DNA of 64,000 nt from a virus. Shown here piece by piece: positions 19,506 through 30,122 of the stretch. Positions within the stretch are counted from its first letter, which is position 1; every line of letters starts with the position of its first letter. The DNA lies in IMG/VR virus record IMGVR_UViG_3300028920_000040, positions 59,836-123,835 of that record; one strand, 5' to 3'. The translations under genes and the position numbers were made by a program. The notes below the pieces were generated by a model. The model searched no databases and was not told where the DNA came from. It was given only the letters and a program-made list of their open reading frames with translations.

Positions 19506-20903
19506 ATGAATTTTAGAGAACATTATTTTACTCTTATAGAAAGATTTGGTCTTGACGCAATGTACGTTCCTCCAAAGGATAAGCAGTATCAATTATATGA
19601 CTTCTATGCATTGTCTTTAATTAATCCAAATGCTTTTATGGATGAAGAAGCACAAGACTATTTTAAGCAGGCTAAAGAAACTATCGTTAATCATATCTAT
19701 AATGACTTTATGTATGCTGTATATTTTGCATTAGCGTCTGAACTATATCATACAAATGATGCGTCTGATTTTGAAAGTTTTAATTATAAAAATGAAAAAG
19801 ATAGAGCAGATTTAAAAAAAGAAGTTGGTCTTACCGATAAAGAAATTGATATTCTAGGAAAATTAGGGTCTAATATTCCAAGTAGAAAAGTAAGATATAA
19901 TAAGCTCAAAAAATTACTTTCTCCTGATGAGATGGCTAATATAGCAATAAAAGTTTTTGGAAAACATAAATGGTGGAATTCTGCATATGGCGGCGAAGCA
20001 TGGGCAAATATTGCTAAGGGATATAAAAGATTAATTAATGCAAAAACTATTGGAGATAAAATGGTTGCTATCGATCACGTTTACGATCTTCAACATAATT
20101 CAGATACTGTATTCGATAAGGTACAAGAATATTATAAAGGAGGCGACCTTTATTGGTTAAAGAATGCTCTTGATGATAAGGCACAAATCAAAGAACCTCA
20201 TGTTTATCTAGATAAAACATCTCCTCAATTATTCAGACCCCTTGCATATGCTTTTAAACAGCTATATGGAAAAACTCTTGAATCTTTTAAAACAGAAAAA
20301 GAAGAAAAAATTAAACAAATATTAGGAAAGTATAATGTTGATATTAATGATCCTCTCGTACAAGAATTTTTAAATGCTATTCAACCATTATTAGCCGTTT
20401 ATGAAAAATTAGATAATTATACTAAAACTGAAATTATTAGTATTATTAAAATTATAAAACAGAAAGATTATAATCAATTGAGTGACGATGATACATATGA
20501 TGATTTAAGAGACGCTATAGACACCGAAGAAACATATGATGTTATTGATTATAAAACCGAAGTTAATATTAGAAAAGCAATATCAAAGTTTATTAATAGA
20601 ATAGAAAATTATAAAACAAAACAATTTTCTAATTATCTTATAAAAGCTGGTTCTGAATTATTTGATTATATTATTAAAAATAGTTATAATGCAGATAAAA
20701 TAATGAAGACATATGATAAATTTCTTAAATTGGCCGAAAAAATTTCTACAGCATATAATATAGATTTAATACAAGATATATTTCAGAATATAGTAGAAAA
20801 CATTGAAAACGATAAGATTAAATTTAAAAACGAACAGCAAAAAGAAAAAGCAAAAAAGTTAGTAACAACATTATTAATGGATATCGAAGATTGGGGATTA
20901 TAA
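19506..20903 (+). CDS. tandem paralogue 1 (subtype A) of uncharacterised DHxYDLQHN family
   Basis: MNFREHYFTLIE-RFGLDAMYVPP; YGGEAWANIA; IDHVYDLQHN. Confidence 0.85.
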   Translation: MNFREHYFTLIERFGLDAMYVPPKDKQYQLYDFYALSLINPNAFMDEEAQDYFKQAKETIVNHIYNDFMYAVYFALASELYHTNDASDFESFNYKNEKDRADLKKEVGLTDKEIDILGKLGSNIPSRKVRYNKLKKLLSPDEMANIAIKVFGKHKWWNSAYGGEAWANIAKGYKRLINAKTIGDKMVAIDHVYDLQHNSDTVFDKVQEYYKGGDLYWLKNALDDKAQIKEPHVYLDKTSPQLFRPLAYAFKQLYGKTLESFKTEKEEKIKQILGKYNVDINDPLVQEFLNAIQPLLAVYEKLDNYTKTEIISIIKIIKQKDYNQLSDDDTYDDLRDAIDTEETYDVIDYKTEVNIRKAISKFINRIENYKTKQFSNYLIKAGSELFDYIIKNSYNADKIMKTYDKFLKLAEKISTAYNIDLIQDIFQNIVENIENDKIKFKNEQQKEKAKKLVTTLLMDIEDWGL

Positions 20904-22231
20904 TGAATTTTAGAGAACATTACTTTATAGAAAAGTTTGGTATGGAATCAATTTACACCATACCAAAAGACAAAGAACAACAGCTCTTTGACTTTTATGC
21001 TTTAACAATGTTCAATCCTAATGCATTAATGGATGAAGAAGCCCAGATGTTTTTTTCAGAAGCTAAAGAAAAAATTATTGACAGCCTTCAAAAATCTTTT
21101 ATAGATGCTTTATATACGGCCATTGCTGCTGAACTTACTCATACATTAATGCAGGCTTATCCTTTCTATTATGCATATCGTAATGATCATGACATTAAAT
21201 CAAAAAAATCTAAAGCAGAAGTTGAAGAAAAATTTACTCCTGAAGAAATAAAGGTACTTAAAAACTCTCATAATATTAGATCATATAATTATGATCAAAG
21301 AGCAAATTTCTTTAAAGAAAAAGGATACACTCCTGAAAAATTATATATTCTAGCTAAAAAAGTTTTTGATTTAAATTGGAGTTCTTCATTTGGTGGAAAG
21401 AAATGGAAAGAAATAGCGGTGGGATTAGAAAGATTAATTAATGCAAAATCTATGGGTGATAAAATGGTCGCTATAGATCATGCTTATGATCTTCAACACA
21501 ACAACGATACAGTCTTCAATAAAGTAAAAGAATTCGCTAAGCACGGAAGTTACGAGTGGCTCAAAAGAGCATTGGATTTAAAAGCACAAATTAAAGAGCC
21601 TCATGTTTATCTTGATAATATTTCTTCACAATTATATAGACCAATGGCTTACGCATTAAAACAAATATATGGAAAAACATTGGAAAGTTTTCTAAAACAA
21701 AAAGAAGAAGAAAAACAAAAATTTAAAGAAGAAATTTTAGAAAAGTGGCCAAACATTTTTAATGGAATTCGTCTTGAACACCAGGCAAAGAGATCATCAA
21801 TACAATATAATGTTCCAGTTAGTATATTTATACAATATGATTTTGATAAAAATAAATTAATAGATTCTTTTTATGTTCGACATAGTAACAAATCAATGTT
21901 AAATGATTATAGAAATAGTCCAGATACTATAGAAGTTAAAGTAATAAAACCAGAAGAAGCAAAACAGTTTATAATAAAAAAAGCAACAGACGCAAAAAAA
22001 TACAATTCAAGTGATTATAATAAATTTTTAAAAGGAGCAATTCAAGCAGCTAGGTCAAGAAATTCTTTTATGGCTCTTTATTATAATACATCATATAATA
22101 ATTTTGGATTTTCTAGTATAGGCGATTTTGGATATAATAATGAAAAAGATATAAAACCAGGATTTATAGCACTTGGTAATTATGTAATAATAGCCATTGT
22201 TAATCCAGACGGGAGTATAGATGAAATTTAG
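20903..22231 (+). CDS. tandem paralogue 2 (subtype B)
   Basis: MNFREHYFIE-KFGMESIY; IDHAYDLQHN; start at ATG 20903. Confidence 0.85.
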   Translation: MNFREHYFIEKFGMESIYTIPKDKEQQLFDFYALTMFNPNALMDEEAQMFFSEAKEKIIDSLQKSFIDALYTAIAAELTHTLMQAYPFYYAYRNDHDIKSKKSKAEVEEKFTPEEIKVLKNSHNIRSYNYDQRANFFKEKGYTPEKLYILAKKVFDLNWSSSFGGKKWKEIAVGLERLINAKSMGDKMVAIDHAYDLQHNNDTVFNKVKEFAKHGSYEWLKRALDLKAQIKEPHVYLDNISSQLYRPMAYALKQIYGKTLESFLKQKEEEKQKFKEEILEKWPNIFNGIRLEHQAKRSSIQYNVPVSIFIQYDFDKNKLIDSFYVRHSNKSMLNDYRNSPDTIEVKVIKPEEAKQFIIKKATDAKKYNSSDYNKFLKGAIQAARSRNSFMALYYNTSYNNFGFSSIGDFGYNNEKDIKPGFIALGNYVIIAIVNPDGSIDEI

Positions 22232-23537
22232 AGAACATTATTTTACAGAGAAGTTTGGTATGGAATCTATATATTCTCTGCCAAAAGACAAAGAACAACA
22301 GCTCTTTGACTTTTATGCTTTAACAATGTTCAATCCTAGTGCTTTGATGGACGAAGAAGCCGAAATGTTTTTTAATGAAGCAAAAGAAACAGTAATAAAT
22401 GGTCTTCAAAAATCTTTTATAGATGCTTTATATACAGCCATTGCTGCTGAACTTTTTCATACAAAAGATCAAGCAAAACCATTTCATGAATATGAACATT
22501 CTTTTTCTATAAAAAATAGAAAAAATGCAAAAAGTATTATCGAGTCTCAATTTACTCCAGAAGAAATAGCTTTAATAGATGATATTTCTAATGAATATGA
22601 CTATTCTAGAGGCGAATTGGATTATGATCAAAGAGCAAAAATTTTTAAAGAAGGTGGATATTCTCCTGAAAAATTATATAAATTTGCTAAAAAAGTTTTT
22701 AATCTTGATTGGTATGGTGGATATGGCGGCAAGAAATGGAAACAAATTGCAGATGGATTAGAAAGATTAATAGATTCAAAATCTCTTGGTGATAAAATGG
22801 TCGCTATAGATCATGCTTATGATCTTCAACATAACAACGATACAGTCTTTAATAAAGTAAAAAAATTCGCTAAGCACGGAAGTTATAGTTGGCTTAAGAG
22901 AGCTTTAGATTTAAAAGCCAAAATTAAAGAGCCTCATGTTTATCTTAATAATATTTCTTCACAATTATATAGGCCTCTTGCTTATGCATTTAAAAAACTT
23001 TATAATAAAACTCTTGAAGACTTTACTAGACAACAAGCAGAAAATAGAGAAACAAATAAAAAAAGAGTTTTAGAATTGTGGGCAAAATCAGATGATTTAG
23101 ATTATATTAAAAGACGTATGATTTATTCTTCACTGAGGGATAACTCTAACGTATCATCTTTTGCAAGATATGATAGTGAAAACGATGAGATAATAAATAC
23201 TTTTTATATATCACACGATAATAATGGAATACAAAGATATAGAAACGATCCAGAATATTTTGAATTGGAAACGATAACACCAGAAAAAGCAAAAGAAGAA
23301 GCAGTAAAAATAGCAAATGATGCAAAAAAATTGAAACCACAAAAATATAAAAATGAATTAAAAGATGTACAATATTATGCAAATGTGTTTAATAAAAATG
23401 GTGCAATATACTATGATATAGAAGATGATACTTTTGAAAATACTTTTTATTCTAATGCTTTTATTAATAAAAACCCTGGAGATATATTTAGTTCGACGTT
23501 TGTATTGATGAAAATAGTTACTCCAAAAAAAGATTAA
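22221..23537 (+). CDS. tandem paralogue 3 (subtype B)
   Basis: MKFREHYFTE-KFGMESIY; IDHAYDLQHN. Confidence 0.85.
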   Translation: MKFREHYFTEKFGMESIYSLPKDKEQQLFDFYALTMFNPSALMDEEAEMFFNEAKETVINGLQKSFIDALYTAIAAELFHTKDQAKPFHEYEHSFSIKNRKNAKSIIESQFTPEEIALIDDISNEYDYSRGELDYDQRAKIFKEGGYSPEKLYKFAKKVFNLDWYGGYGGKKWKQIADGLERLIDSKSLGDKMVAIDHAYDLQHNNDTVFNKVKKFAKHGSYSWLKRALDLKAKIKEPHVYLNNISSQLYRPLAYAFKKLYNKTLEDFTRQQAENRETNKKRVLELWAKSDDLDYIKRRMIYSSLRDNSNVSSFARYDSENDEIINTFYISHDNNGIQRYRNDPEYFELETITPEKAKEEAVKIANDAKKLKPQKYKNELKDVQYYANVFNKNGAIYYDIEDDTFENTFYSNAFINKNPGDIFSSTFVLMKIVTPKKD

Positions 23538-23559
23538 ATATAAAATATGGAGAATAATT

Positions 23560-23715
23560 GTGAAAAAAATTAAATCTTATTTAGACGAAAAACTTTTTGG
23601 TGGAAAAAAGTCAGATGTTGAAGTTATTGCTAAGGCAATATCTAAAATAATTAAAGATAAAGCTAAGGATGCGGGAATTGATCCTAAGGAAATACTTCAT
23701 TATATCAAGGTATAA
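23560..23715 (+). CDS. 51-aa leader-like small protein (not in ORF track)
   Basis: GTG start after GGAG; MKKIKSYLDE-KLFGG... Confidence 0.55.
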   Translation: MKKIKSYLDEKLFGGKKSDVEVIAKAISKIIKDKAKDAGIDPKEILHYIKV

Positions 23716-23719
23716 TTAT

Positions 23720-25045
23720 ATGAATTTTAGAGAATATTACTTTGTAGAAAAATTTGGTATGGAATCAATTTATTCTTTACCGGAAGACAAAGAACAACAG
23801 CTCTTTGACTTTTATGCATTGTCATTAATTAATCCTAATGCATTAATGGATGAAGAAGCTCAAATGTTTTTTAATGAAGCAAAAGAAACAGTAATAAATG
23901 GTCTTCAAAAATCTTTTATAGGTGCTTTATATACAGCCGTTGCCGCAGAACTTTTCCATACACAAGCACAAGCAATTCCTTTCTATAAGGCTAAATGGGG
24001 AAGTTCTAAACAAAGAATAAACGCAATAAATAAAATTGAAAAAATTTTTACTCCTGAAGAAATAAAATTAGTAGAAGACATGCGTAATTTTGGTTTAAAG
24101 AGTTATGATAAAAGAGCAAACTTTTTAAAAGAAAAAGGATATACTCCTGAAAAATTATATAAACTAGGACAAAAAATATTTGGTTTATCTTGGTCTTCAG
24201 GATATGGCGGTAAGAAATGGAAGCAGATAGCCGATGCATTAGAAAGACTGATTAATGCAACTTCTCCCGGTGAGAAAATGGTTGCTATAGATCATGCTTA
24301 TGATCTTCAACATAACAACGATACAGTCTTTAATAAAGTAAAAGAGTTTGCAAAACACGGTAGTTATAGTTGGCTTAAGAGAGCTTTAGATTTAAAAGCC
24401 AAAATTAAAGAACCTCATATTTATCTTCAAAATATATCTGCTCAGCTTTATAGACCTCTTGCTTACGCATTAAAACAAATATATGGAAAAACATTAGAAG
24501 ATTTTATAAGACAAAAAGAAGAACAAAAACAAAAAATTATAGATGATATTTTAAAGAATTGGCCAGAAAATGAAAGTCAAAAAGGCGTAGATCAATCTGC
24601 AAAATTTCGTTCGGTTCAAGATAATGCTCCGGTTAGTATATTTATAAAATATGATTTTGATGAACACAAAATAATCGATGATTCTTTTGTTTCACATCTT
24701 CGCGACAATCTTTTAAAATCTTATAAAAATAGCGATGATTATATCGAAATCAAAATAATAAATCCTAAAGATGCAAAGAAAGAAATACTTGAAAAAGCAA
24801 AATTAGCAAGAGAAAAATCTGATGATTATAATGAGCAGATAGAAGTGACACAACAAGACGCAGAACAAACAAAAATGGAATATATAATTTATTATGATCC
24901 ATTGGAAAAATATGAAAATTTTGGTCATACTGGAAGAAAAAATTTAAGATCGGAGTATCAAAGAAGTAAACCAGGCGATATGATATATGATAGATATGTA
25001 TTAATGGCAATTATTAAATCGGATGGAAGTGTAGATGAACTTTAA
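23720..25045 (+). CDS. tandem paralogue 4 (subtype B)
   Basis: MNFREYYFVE-KFGMESIY; start reassigned to ATG 23720. Confidence 0.85.
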   Translation: MNFREYYFVEKFGMESIYSLPEDKEQQLFDFYALSLINPNALMDEEAQMFFNEAKETVINGLQKSFIGALYTAVAAELFHTQAQAIPFYKAKWGSSKQRINAINKIEKIFTPEEIKLVEDMRNFGLKSYDKRANFLKEKGYTPEKLYKLGQKIFGLSWSSGYGGKKWKQIADALERLINATSPGEKMVAIDHAYDLQHNNDTVFNKVKEFAKHGSYSWLKRALDLKAKIKEPHIYLQNISAQLYRPLAYALKQIYGKTLEDFIRQKEEQKQKIIDDILKNWPENESQKGVDQSAKFRSVQDNAPVSIFIKYDFDEHKIIDDSFVSHLRDNLLKSYKNSDDYIEIKIINPKDAKKEILEKAKLAREKSDDYNEQIEVTQQDAEQTKMEYIIYYDPLEKYENFGHTGRKNLRSEYQRSKPGDMIYDRYVLMAIIKSDGSVDEL

Positions 25046-26186
25046 AGAATACTATAATTTAAACGAAAGATTTGGTCTTGATGCGATGTACGTTCCTCCA
25101 AAGGATAAGCAGTATCAATTATATGACTTCTATGCATTATCATTAATTAATCCAAATGCTTTTATGGATGAAGAAGCTAAGGATTATTTTAAACAAGCCA
25201 AAGAATCAATCATAGATGCAACATATAAAGACTTTGTTAATGCTTTATTCTTTTCTATTGCATCAGAGATTTTTCATATGGAAGACTCTGCATACTTTTC
25301 TCGATTGAATCGAAAAGATATAAAAGATTTTTATAATCTTACTGATAAAGAAATGAAATTTGTAGAAAAAATGTTTGAAGACAACAGTGCAAAATCTAGA
25401 GAAGAAAGAAATAAAATAGTAAGACATGAATTTTCCCCACAAGAACTTGCTAACTTTGCAACGAAAATATTTGCTGGTAATCCAAAAGCATCTCACGAAG
25501 TTGGAGAAAATGATATGTGGGAAGAAGGGTATGGTGGAAAAGCATGGTGGAATATTGCTAAAGGATATAATAGACTGCTTAATGCAAAATCCATACCAGA
25601 TAAAATGGTTGCTATAGATCATGTATATGATTTACAACACAACTCTAATACTGTATTTGATAAGGTACGAGATTATTATAAGAGCGGGTATTCTTGGCTA
25701 AAAGATTCATTAGACGATAAAGCACAAATTAAAGACCCACACGTTTATATTGATAAAACATCTCCTCAATTGTTTAGACCTTTAGCTTACGCTTTTAAAC
25801 AGTTATATGGAAAGACTATTGAATCTTTTAAAAAAGAACAATCAGAAAAATATGAAAAAGATATTATAGAGTTTATGGATAAAAACGGAATTGATCATTC
25901 GCTTTCGTTTTTAGTTGATGGTTTTTTTGACGCACTAGAATTTTTAAATAAATATAAAACAGAAATGGGACTTTCAAAAGAATGGATTGAAAATCGAAAA
26001 TTTAGGTTTAAATATAGTTTAATAGATCAAAATCAAAACAATATAGAAGGTGGTATAAACTTTATAATAGATTTAATTGAACAACATGTTAATATGGCTA
26101 ATATACCATCGTCAGAATCAAAGATAATTATTGATAAATTAGAAGATATTATTAATAAGTTATCAAATTTAAATTATTTTAAATAA
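25035..26186 (+). CDS. tandem paralogue 5 (subtype A)
   Basis: MNFKEYYNLNE-RFGLDAMY; IDHVYDLQHN. Confidence 0.85.
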   Translation: MNFKEYYNLNERFGLDAMYVPPKDKQYQLYDFYALSLINPNAFMDEEAKDYFKQAKESIIDATYKDFVNALFFSIASEIFHMEDSAYFSRLNRKDIKDFYNLTDKEMKFVEKMFEDNSAKSREERNKIVRHEFSPQELANFATKIFAGNPKASHEVGENDMWEEGYGGKAWWNIAKGYNRLLNAKSIPDKMVAIDHVYDLQHNSNTVFDKVRDYYKSGYSWLKDSLDDKAQIKDPHVYIDKTSPQLFRPLAYAFKQLYGKTIESFKKEQSEKYEKDIIEFMDKNGIDHSLSFLVDGFFDALEFLNKYKTEMGLSKEWIENRKFRFKYSLIDQNQNNIEGGINFIIDLIEQHVNMANIPSSESKIIIDKLEDIINKLSNLNYFK

Positions 26187-26207
26187 TAAAATTAAAGGTA
26201 TAATTAT

Positions 26208-27371
26208 ATGAATTTTAGAGAACATTACTTTACTCTTTTGGAAAGATTTGGTCTTGATGCCATGTATGTTCCTCCAAAGGATAAGCAGTATCAATTATAT
26301 GACTTCTATGCATTATCATTAATAAATCCATATGCTTTTTTGGATGAAGAAGCACAAGACTATTTTAAGCAGGCTAAAGAAGCAATTATAAATGAGACAT
26401 ATAAAGATTTTATTGACGCAGTATACTTTTCTCTTGCTTCTGAATTATATCATATAGGTGATGCCAGTACATTTCCTGATATGACAGACTCAGAAATAAA
26501 AGATGCAGGAATTAATCTTACTCCTAAAGAAAAAAATACTCTAATTAAATTAAAATATATTGATGACTTCATTGATGATATTCCAGATAGAGTAACAAGA
26601 AATGATGAAATGAGAAATATATTTTCTCCAATAGAAATGGCTAATTTTGCAATAAAAATTTTTCAAGAGAATATATGGGAAGACGGTTTCGGCGGTAAAG
26701 CTTGGCAGGATATTGCTAAGGGATATAAAAGATTAGTTAATGCAAAATCCATGCCAGATAAAATGGTTGCAATTGATCATGTTTACGATCTTCAACATAA
26801 TAATGATACTGTATTTGATAAGGTACAAGAATATTATAACGCCGATAAGGGCGGATATAGATGGTTAAAGAATGCTCTTGATGATAAAGCACGAATTAAA
26901 GAACCTCATGTTTATCTAGATAAAACATCTCCTCAATTATATAGACCTCTTGCATATGCTTTTAAAGAACTTTATGGAAAAACTCTTGAGGGGTTTAAAT
27001 ATGAGCAAGAGCAAGAGCATAAAAAAAGAACATCTGATTATATGAAAAAATGGAATGTCGAACCAGAATATAAAAATATCATTGAAAAATATTTAAATGC
27101 TTTAGATATACTTAAAAAATATAATGTTGTTAATGATTCTTGGGCAAAAGATAGATTAGATATACTTGGTATTAATTTAAAAAATCTAAACATTTTTAAA
27201 GATAAATTAACTACATTAGAGAAAGATCGCACTATTAGAAATATTAATGGTATTATTGAAAGTACAATATCTATGTTTATTATGGAACAAAATGACTCTA
27301 TACCAGATAGAGTAGCACAAGAACAAATTAATATATTAAAATCTTTAGTCTTAGAAATACCAGACGAATAA
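26208..27371 (+). CDS. tandem paralogue 6 (subtype A)
   Basis: MNFREHYFTLLE-RFGLDAMY; IDHVYDLQHN. Confidence 0.85.
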   Translation: MNFREHYFTLLERFGLDAMYVPPKDKQYQLYDFYALSLINPYAFLDEEAQDYFKQAKEAIINETYKDFIDAVYFSLASELYHIGDASTFPDMTDSEIKDAGINLTPKEKNTLIKLKYIDDFIDDIPDRVTRNDEMRNIFSPIEMANFAIKIFQENIWEDGFGGKAWQDIAKGYKRLVNAKSMPDKMVAIDHVYDLQHNNDTVFDKVQEYYNADKGGYRWLKNALDDKARIKEPHVYLDKTSPQLYRPLAYAFKELYGKTLEGFKYEQEQEHKKRTSDYMKKWNVEPEYKNIIEKYLNALDILKKYNVVNDSWAKDRLDILGINLKNLNIFKDKLTTLEKDRTIRNINGIIESTISMFIMEQNDSIPDRVAQEQINILKSLVLEIPDE

Positions 27372-27385
27372 ATTGGAGATGTAAT

Positions 27386-28918
27386 ATGAATTTTAGAGAA
27401 CACTACTATAAAGACGGTAGATTTATGATGCCGATCTGGTATGACATTGCAACTATTAATGAAGATGGTTGTATTGAGATGTCTATACCTCATCATTTCT
27501 TTCCTGTACTTGTTGAGAATAAAGTTATTAGACTTCGTATAAAAGATCAAGAATTTAATAACATGGACGAGGCTATTCAATATCACGATAGTCTTATGGA
27601 AAAGAAAGGATCAAAAACAAAGAGTGGTGTAGTGTGGGTAGACTCTAAAGGTAATAAAAGAAGCTTTGAAGTAGTTGCTGACAATATTAAAATAGGTGCT
27701 GACACGATTATTCTTAATATGTCTACTGCTCATAAGTGTATGTCTGCTATGCTTGGTATGTGTCCTTTGGGCGGGAAGTGTTATGCAATTTCTAAAGAAA
27801 AAAGATTTGACGCCGCTTTAGCTGGAGATAAAAGACAGGAAGAACAATGGTCCTGTATGACTCCCGAAGCTATTGCACAAGGTATTAAAGACCTTGCCGC
27901 GGCCGATCCCGGTATTAAATATGTAAGATTAAATGAAGCTGGCGAATTTAGAAATTTACCAAAAGGAAAAGAACTTCTTTCCAAGATGGATAAACAGGCA
28001 CAAGGACAAGTTGCTAAGGCCGCTTGGGCAGATGTTGATGATATTTCCAAGTTAAAAAAGATTGCTTCATTAGTTCCCGAATTAAAATTTTATACATATA
28101 CGCATAGAAAAGATTTACAGGAAGAACTAAAAGGACTTGGAAAAAATATTGTTATTAATGGATCGGGATTCATGGTAGATAATGCGTTCATGCCTATTGA
28201 ACTTAATGAATATCTTCCTATTATTGATGGTATTCTTGCTAACAGATATAAAGTTGTTAATGGAGAAAAAGTTTCTCCTAACAAGGCAACAGAGTGTATT
28301 GGAGACTGTAGAGTATGTGATAAATGCAAAGTTGCAAGAGAAATGAATATCTATCTTCCTATTCATGGTGCTGGTACAGAAAAACAAAAAGCATTGGATA
28401 AAATTAAGAAAAAAGTTATTGGAAATCCTGCTTTTAATAAAATATTAATGGCTGATATTACAGACGATGAAAAGGTTGAACAATTGCTTGATATAGTTGG
28501 AATAGAAGATAAAGAAATGATTAATAAACTTAAACCTCTTGTAAGACAAAGGAAAGGATTCTTTAAGAAACTTCTCAATTCAGAAAAATCAAAAGTAGAT
28601 TTTATTAGTGCAATTGCTTCATATATAGAATCAGACGACGAACCAACAGCCGCCGAAGTTGCAAAAGAACCTTCTCAATTAGAAAAACAAAAAGCATTAG
28701 CCGCTTCTGTTGACGCTCTTATGGGAAGACTAAGATCAAATCTTGAGGCAGCGAGATCAAAAGGACAGACAACCGGTGCAAAGAAATGGCAGAATTTTAT
28801 AAAGACAATAGATAATATTATAGACAAAGCCAGGTCTGGCGAAGATATTAAACCTACTGGTGCAATTGCAAAAGAACTTGGAAAAGATATCAAAAGAACT
28901 TTTAAGGGAGTTTCATAA
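27386..28918 (+). CDS. leader-tagged Cys-rich Gp88-like protein
   Basis: C-x6-CP-x4-CYA, VRLNEAGEF, FYTYT and CIGDCRVCDKC motifs. Confidence 0.55.
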   Translation: MNFREHYYKDGRFMMPIWYDIATINEDGCIEMSIPHHFFPVLVENKVIRLRIKDQEFNNMDEAIQYHDSLMEKKGSKTKSGVVWVDSKGNKRSFEVVADNIKIGADTIILNMSTAHKCMSAMLGMCPLGGKCYAISKEKRFDAALAGDKRQEEQWSCMTPEAIAQGIKDLAAADPGIKYVRLNEAGEFRNLPKGKELLSKMDKQAQGQVAKAAWADVDDISKLKKIASLVPELKFYTYTHRKDLQEELKGLGKNIVINGSGFMVDNAFMPIELNEYLPIIDGILANRYKVVNGEKVSPNKATECIGDCRVCDKCKVAREMNIYLPIHGAGTEKQKALDKIKKKVIGNPAFNKILMADITDDEKVEQLLDIVGIEDKEMINKLKPLVRQRKGFFKKLLNSEKSKVDFISAIASYIESDDEPTAAEVAKEPSQLEKQKALAASVDALMGRLRSNLEAARSKGQTTGAKKWQNFIKTIDNIIDKARSGEDIKPTGAIAKELGKDIKRTFKGVS

Positions 28919-29340
28919 TGTCATTTAAAGATTATTTAAAGAAAAAATTAAATGAAGGCAAATATGATAATACTAATTTAGCCGATCCAAATAGTTATTA
29001 TAAAGTAATAGACTCCTTTGATGTATTTGTAAAAACCGGGTCAAGTCATGCTAATACTTATTATGGAAGTGGAGAAATTCTTAAGTCTGTTTGGAAGAAA
29101 ATGTCAGCAGAACCCGGATATGAAATTCATAATCTCATGGGAGGTACATATATAATTCCAACAGATACGGACGACTTGGTTGCATGGAAAGTTTTAATAA
29201 AAGAACCAGAGTTTGCTCCTTTTGTAAAAAAGTATTATCCAGACCAACAGGTATTTCCTCTTGATAAATTAGAACAAATATCTAAAGAAGAAGCATTATC
29301 AGGAGTTGATTATATTGATAAAATGGAGATTACAAAATGA
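28918..29340 (+). CDS. leader-tagged hypothetical protein
   Basis: MSFKDYLKKKLNE. Confidence 0.7.
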   Translation: MSFKDYLKKKLNEGKYDNTNLADPNSYYKVIDSFDVFVKTGSSHANTYYGSGEILKSVWKKMSAEPGYEIHNLMGGTYIIPTDTDDLVAWKVLIKEPEFAPFVKKYYPDQQVFPLDKLEQISKEEALSGVDYIDKMEITK

Positions 29341-29915
29341 AATTTGCTATGTTCTACGAACAGGAAATTGACGACTGGCGTGAGAGAAAAGTGTGGCACA
29401 TCACACCAACAGGCCAAAGAAATCATGTTAAGATAAAAAGTCTTTCTCCAGAAGAACAAGAAAAATATAAGCCGGCTTTACTCGATCTTCATGTTAAAAA
29501 GAAAAAGAAAAGTGCTGAAAATAAAAATCCTGAGAAAAAGGAAAAGGAGAAAAAAGCTTCAGCCGGAGAAATTTTAGACCCGGACCTTCTAGATTTTTAT
29601 TATATTATAAATAGTCCTGAAGATATCGATAAGATAGAAAAAGGAAAATTAATTAAGGCTACTGATCTTTCAAGTAAAGCAATAGAATGGTCTGGCGACG
29701 ATAAATACATAGTTAGTGTATCAAATGTTCCTATTAAGGCTGTTGTGCTTTATAAGAATGATGAAGGAGAAATGGTACATTTTCCTGAGAATATGAAGAC
29801 GCACGACAAATATGAATTTATTAAGTTTCAAGAAAACGACGAGTTTCTTTTAAACTTATTTCCATTTTTAGAACAAATAACAATTAAACTTTCAGATAAG
29901 GAAGAAAAAAAATGA
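29337..29915 (+). CDS. leader-tagged hypothetical protein
   Basis: MKFAMFYEQE. Confidence 0.65.
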   Translation: MKFAMFYEQEIDDWRERKVWHITPTGQRNHVKIKSLSPEEQEKYKPALLDLHVKKKKKSAENKNPEKKEKEKKASAGEILDPDLLDFYYIINSPEDIDKIEKGKLIKATDLSSKAIEWSGDDKYIVSVSNVPIKAVVLYKNDEGEMVHFPENMKTHDKYEFIKFQENDEFLLNLFPFLEQITIKLSDKEEKK

Positions 29916-30121
29916 GCTTAAAAAATTTTCTTATTCAAAAATTAAATGAAGATGATGGCATACCAAGACCACCAACAGAAAGTGAAAAAGGTTCTATGCA
30001 AGCATTATTTAATACTTGGCGTAATATAGGAAGAGGTCTAGCAGATGATCACATGCCTCTTGATATTGTAGAAACAGTTGTAAGATATTTAGAAGATTGT
30101 GGTTATATTAAAGGAGAATAA
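29912..30121 (+). CDS. leader-tagged small protein
   Basis: MSLKNFLIQKLNE. Confidence 0.65.
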   Translation: MSLKNFLIQKLNEDDGIPRPPTESEKGSMQALFNTWRNIGRGLADDHMPLDIVETVVRYLEDCGYIKGE

Positions 30122-30122
30122 A

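Noticed and set aside
19506-27371. Diversity-generating retroelement or CRISPR explanation for the repeated DNA
   Set aside because: No reverse transcriptase, no adenine-specific TR/VR pair and no regular repeat-spacer pattern; the repeats are coding paralogues.
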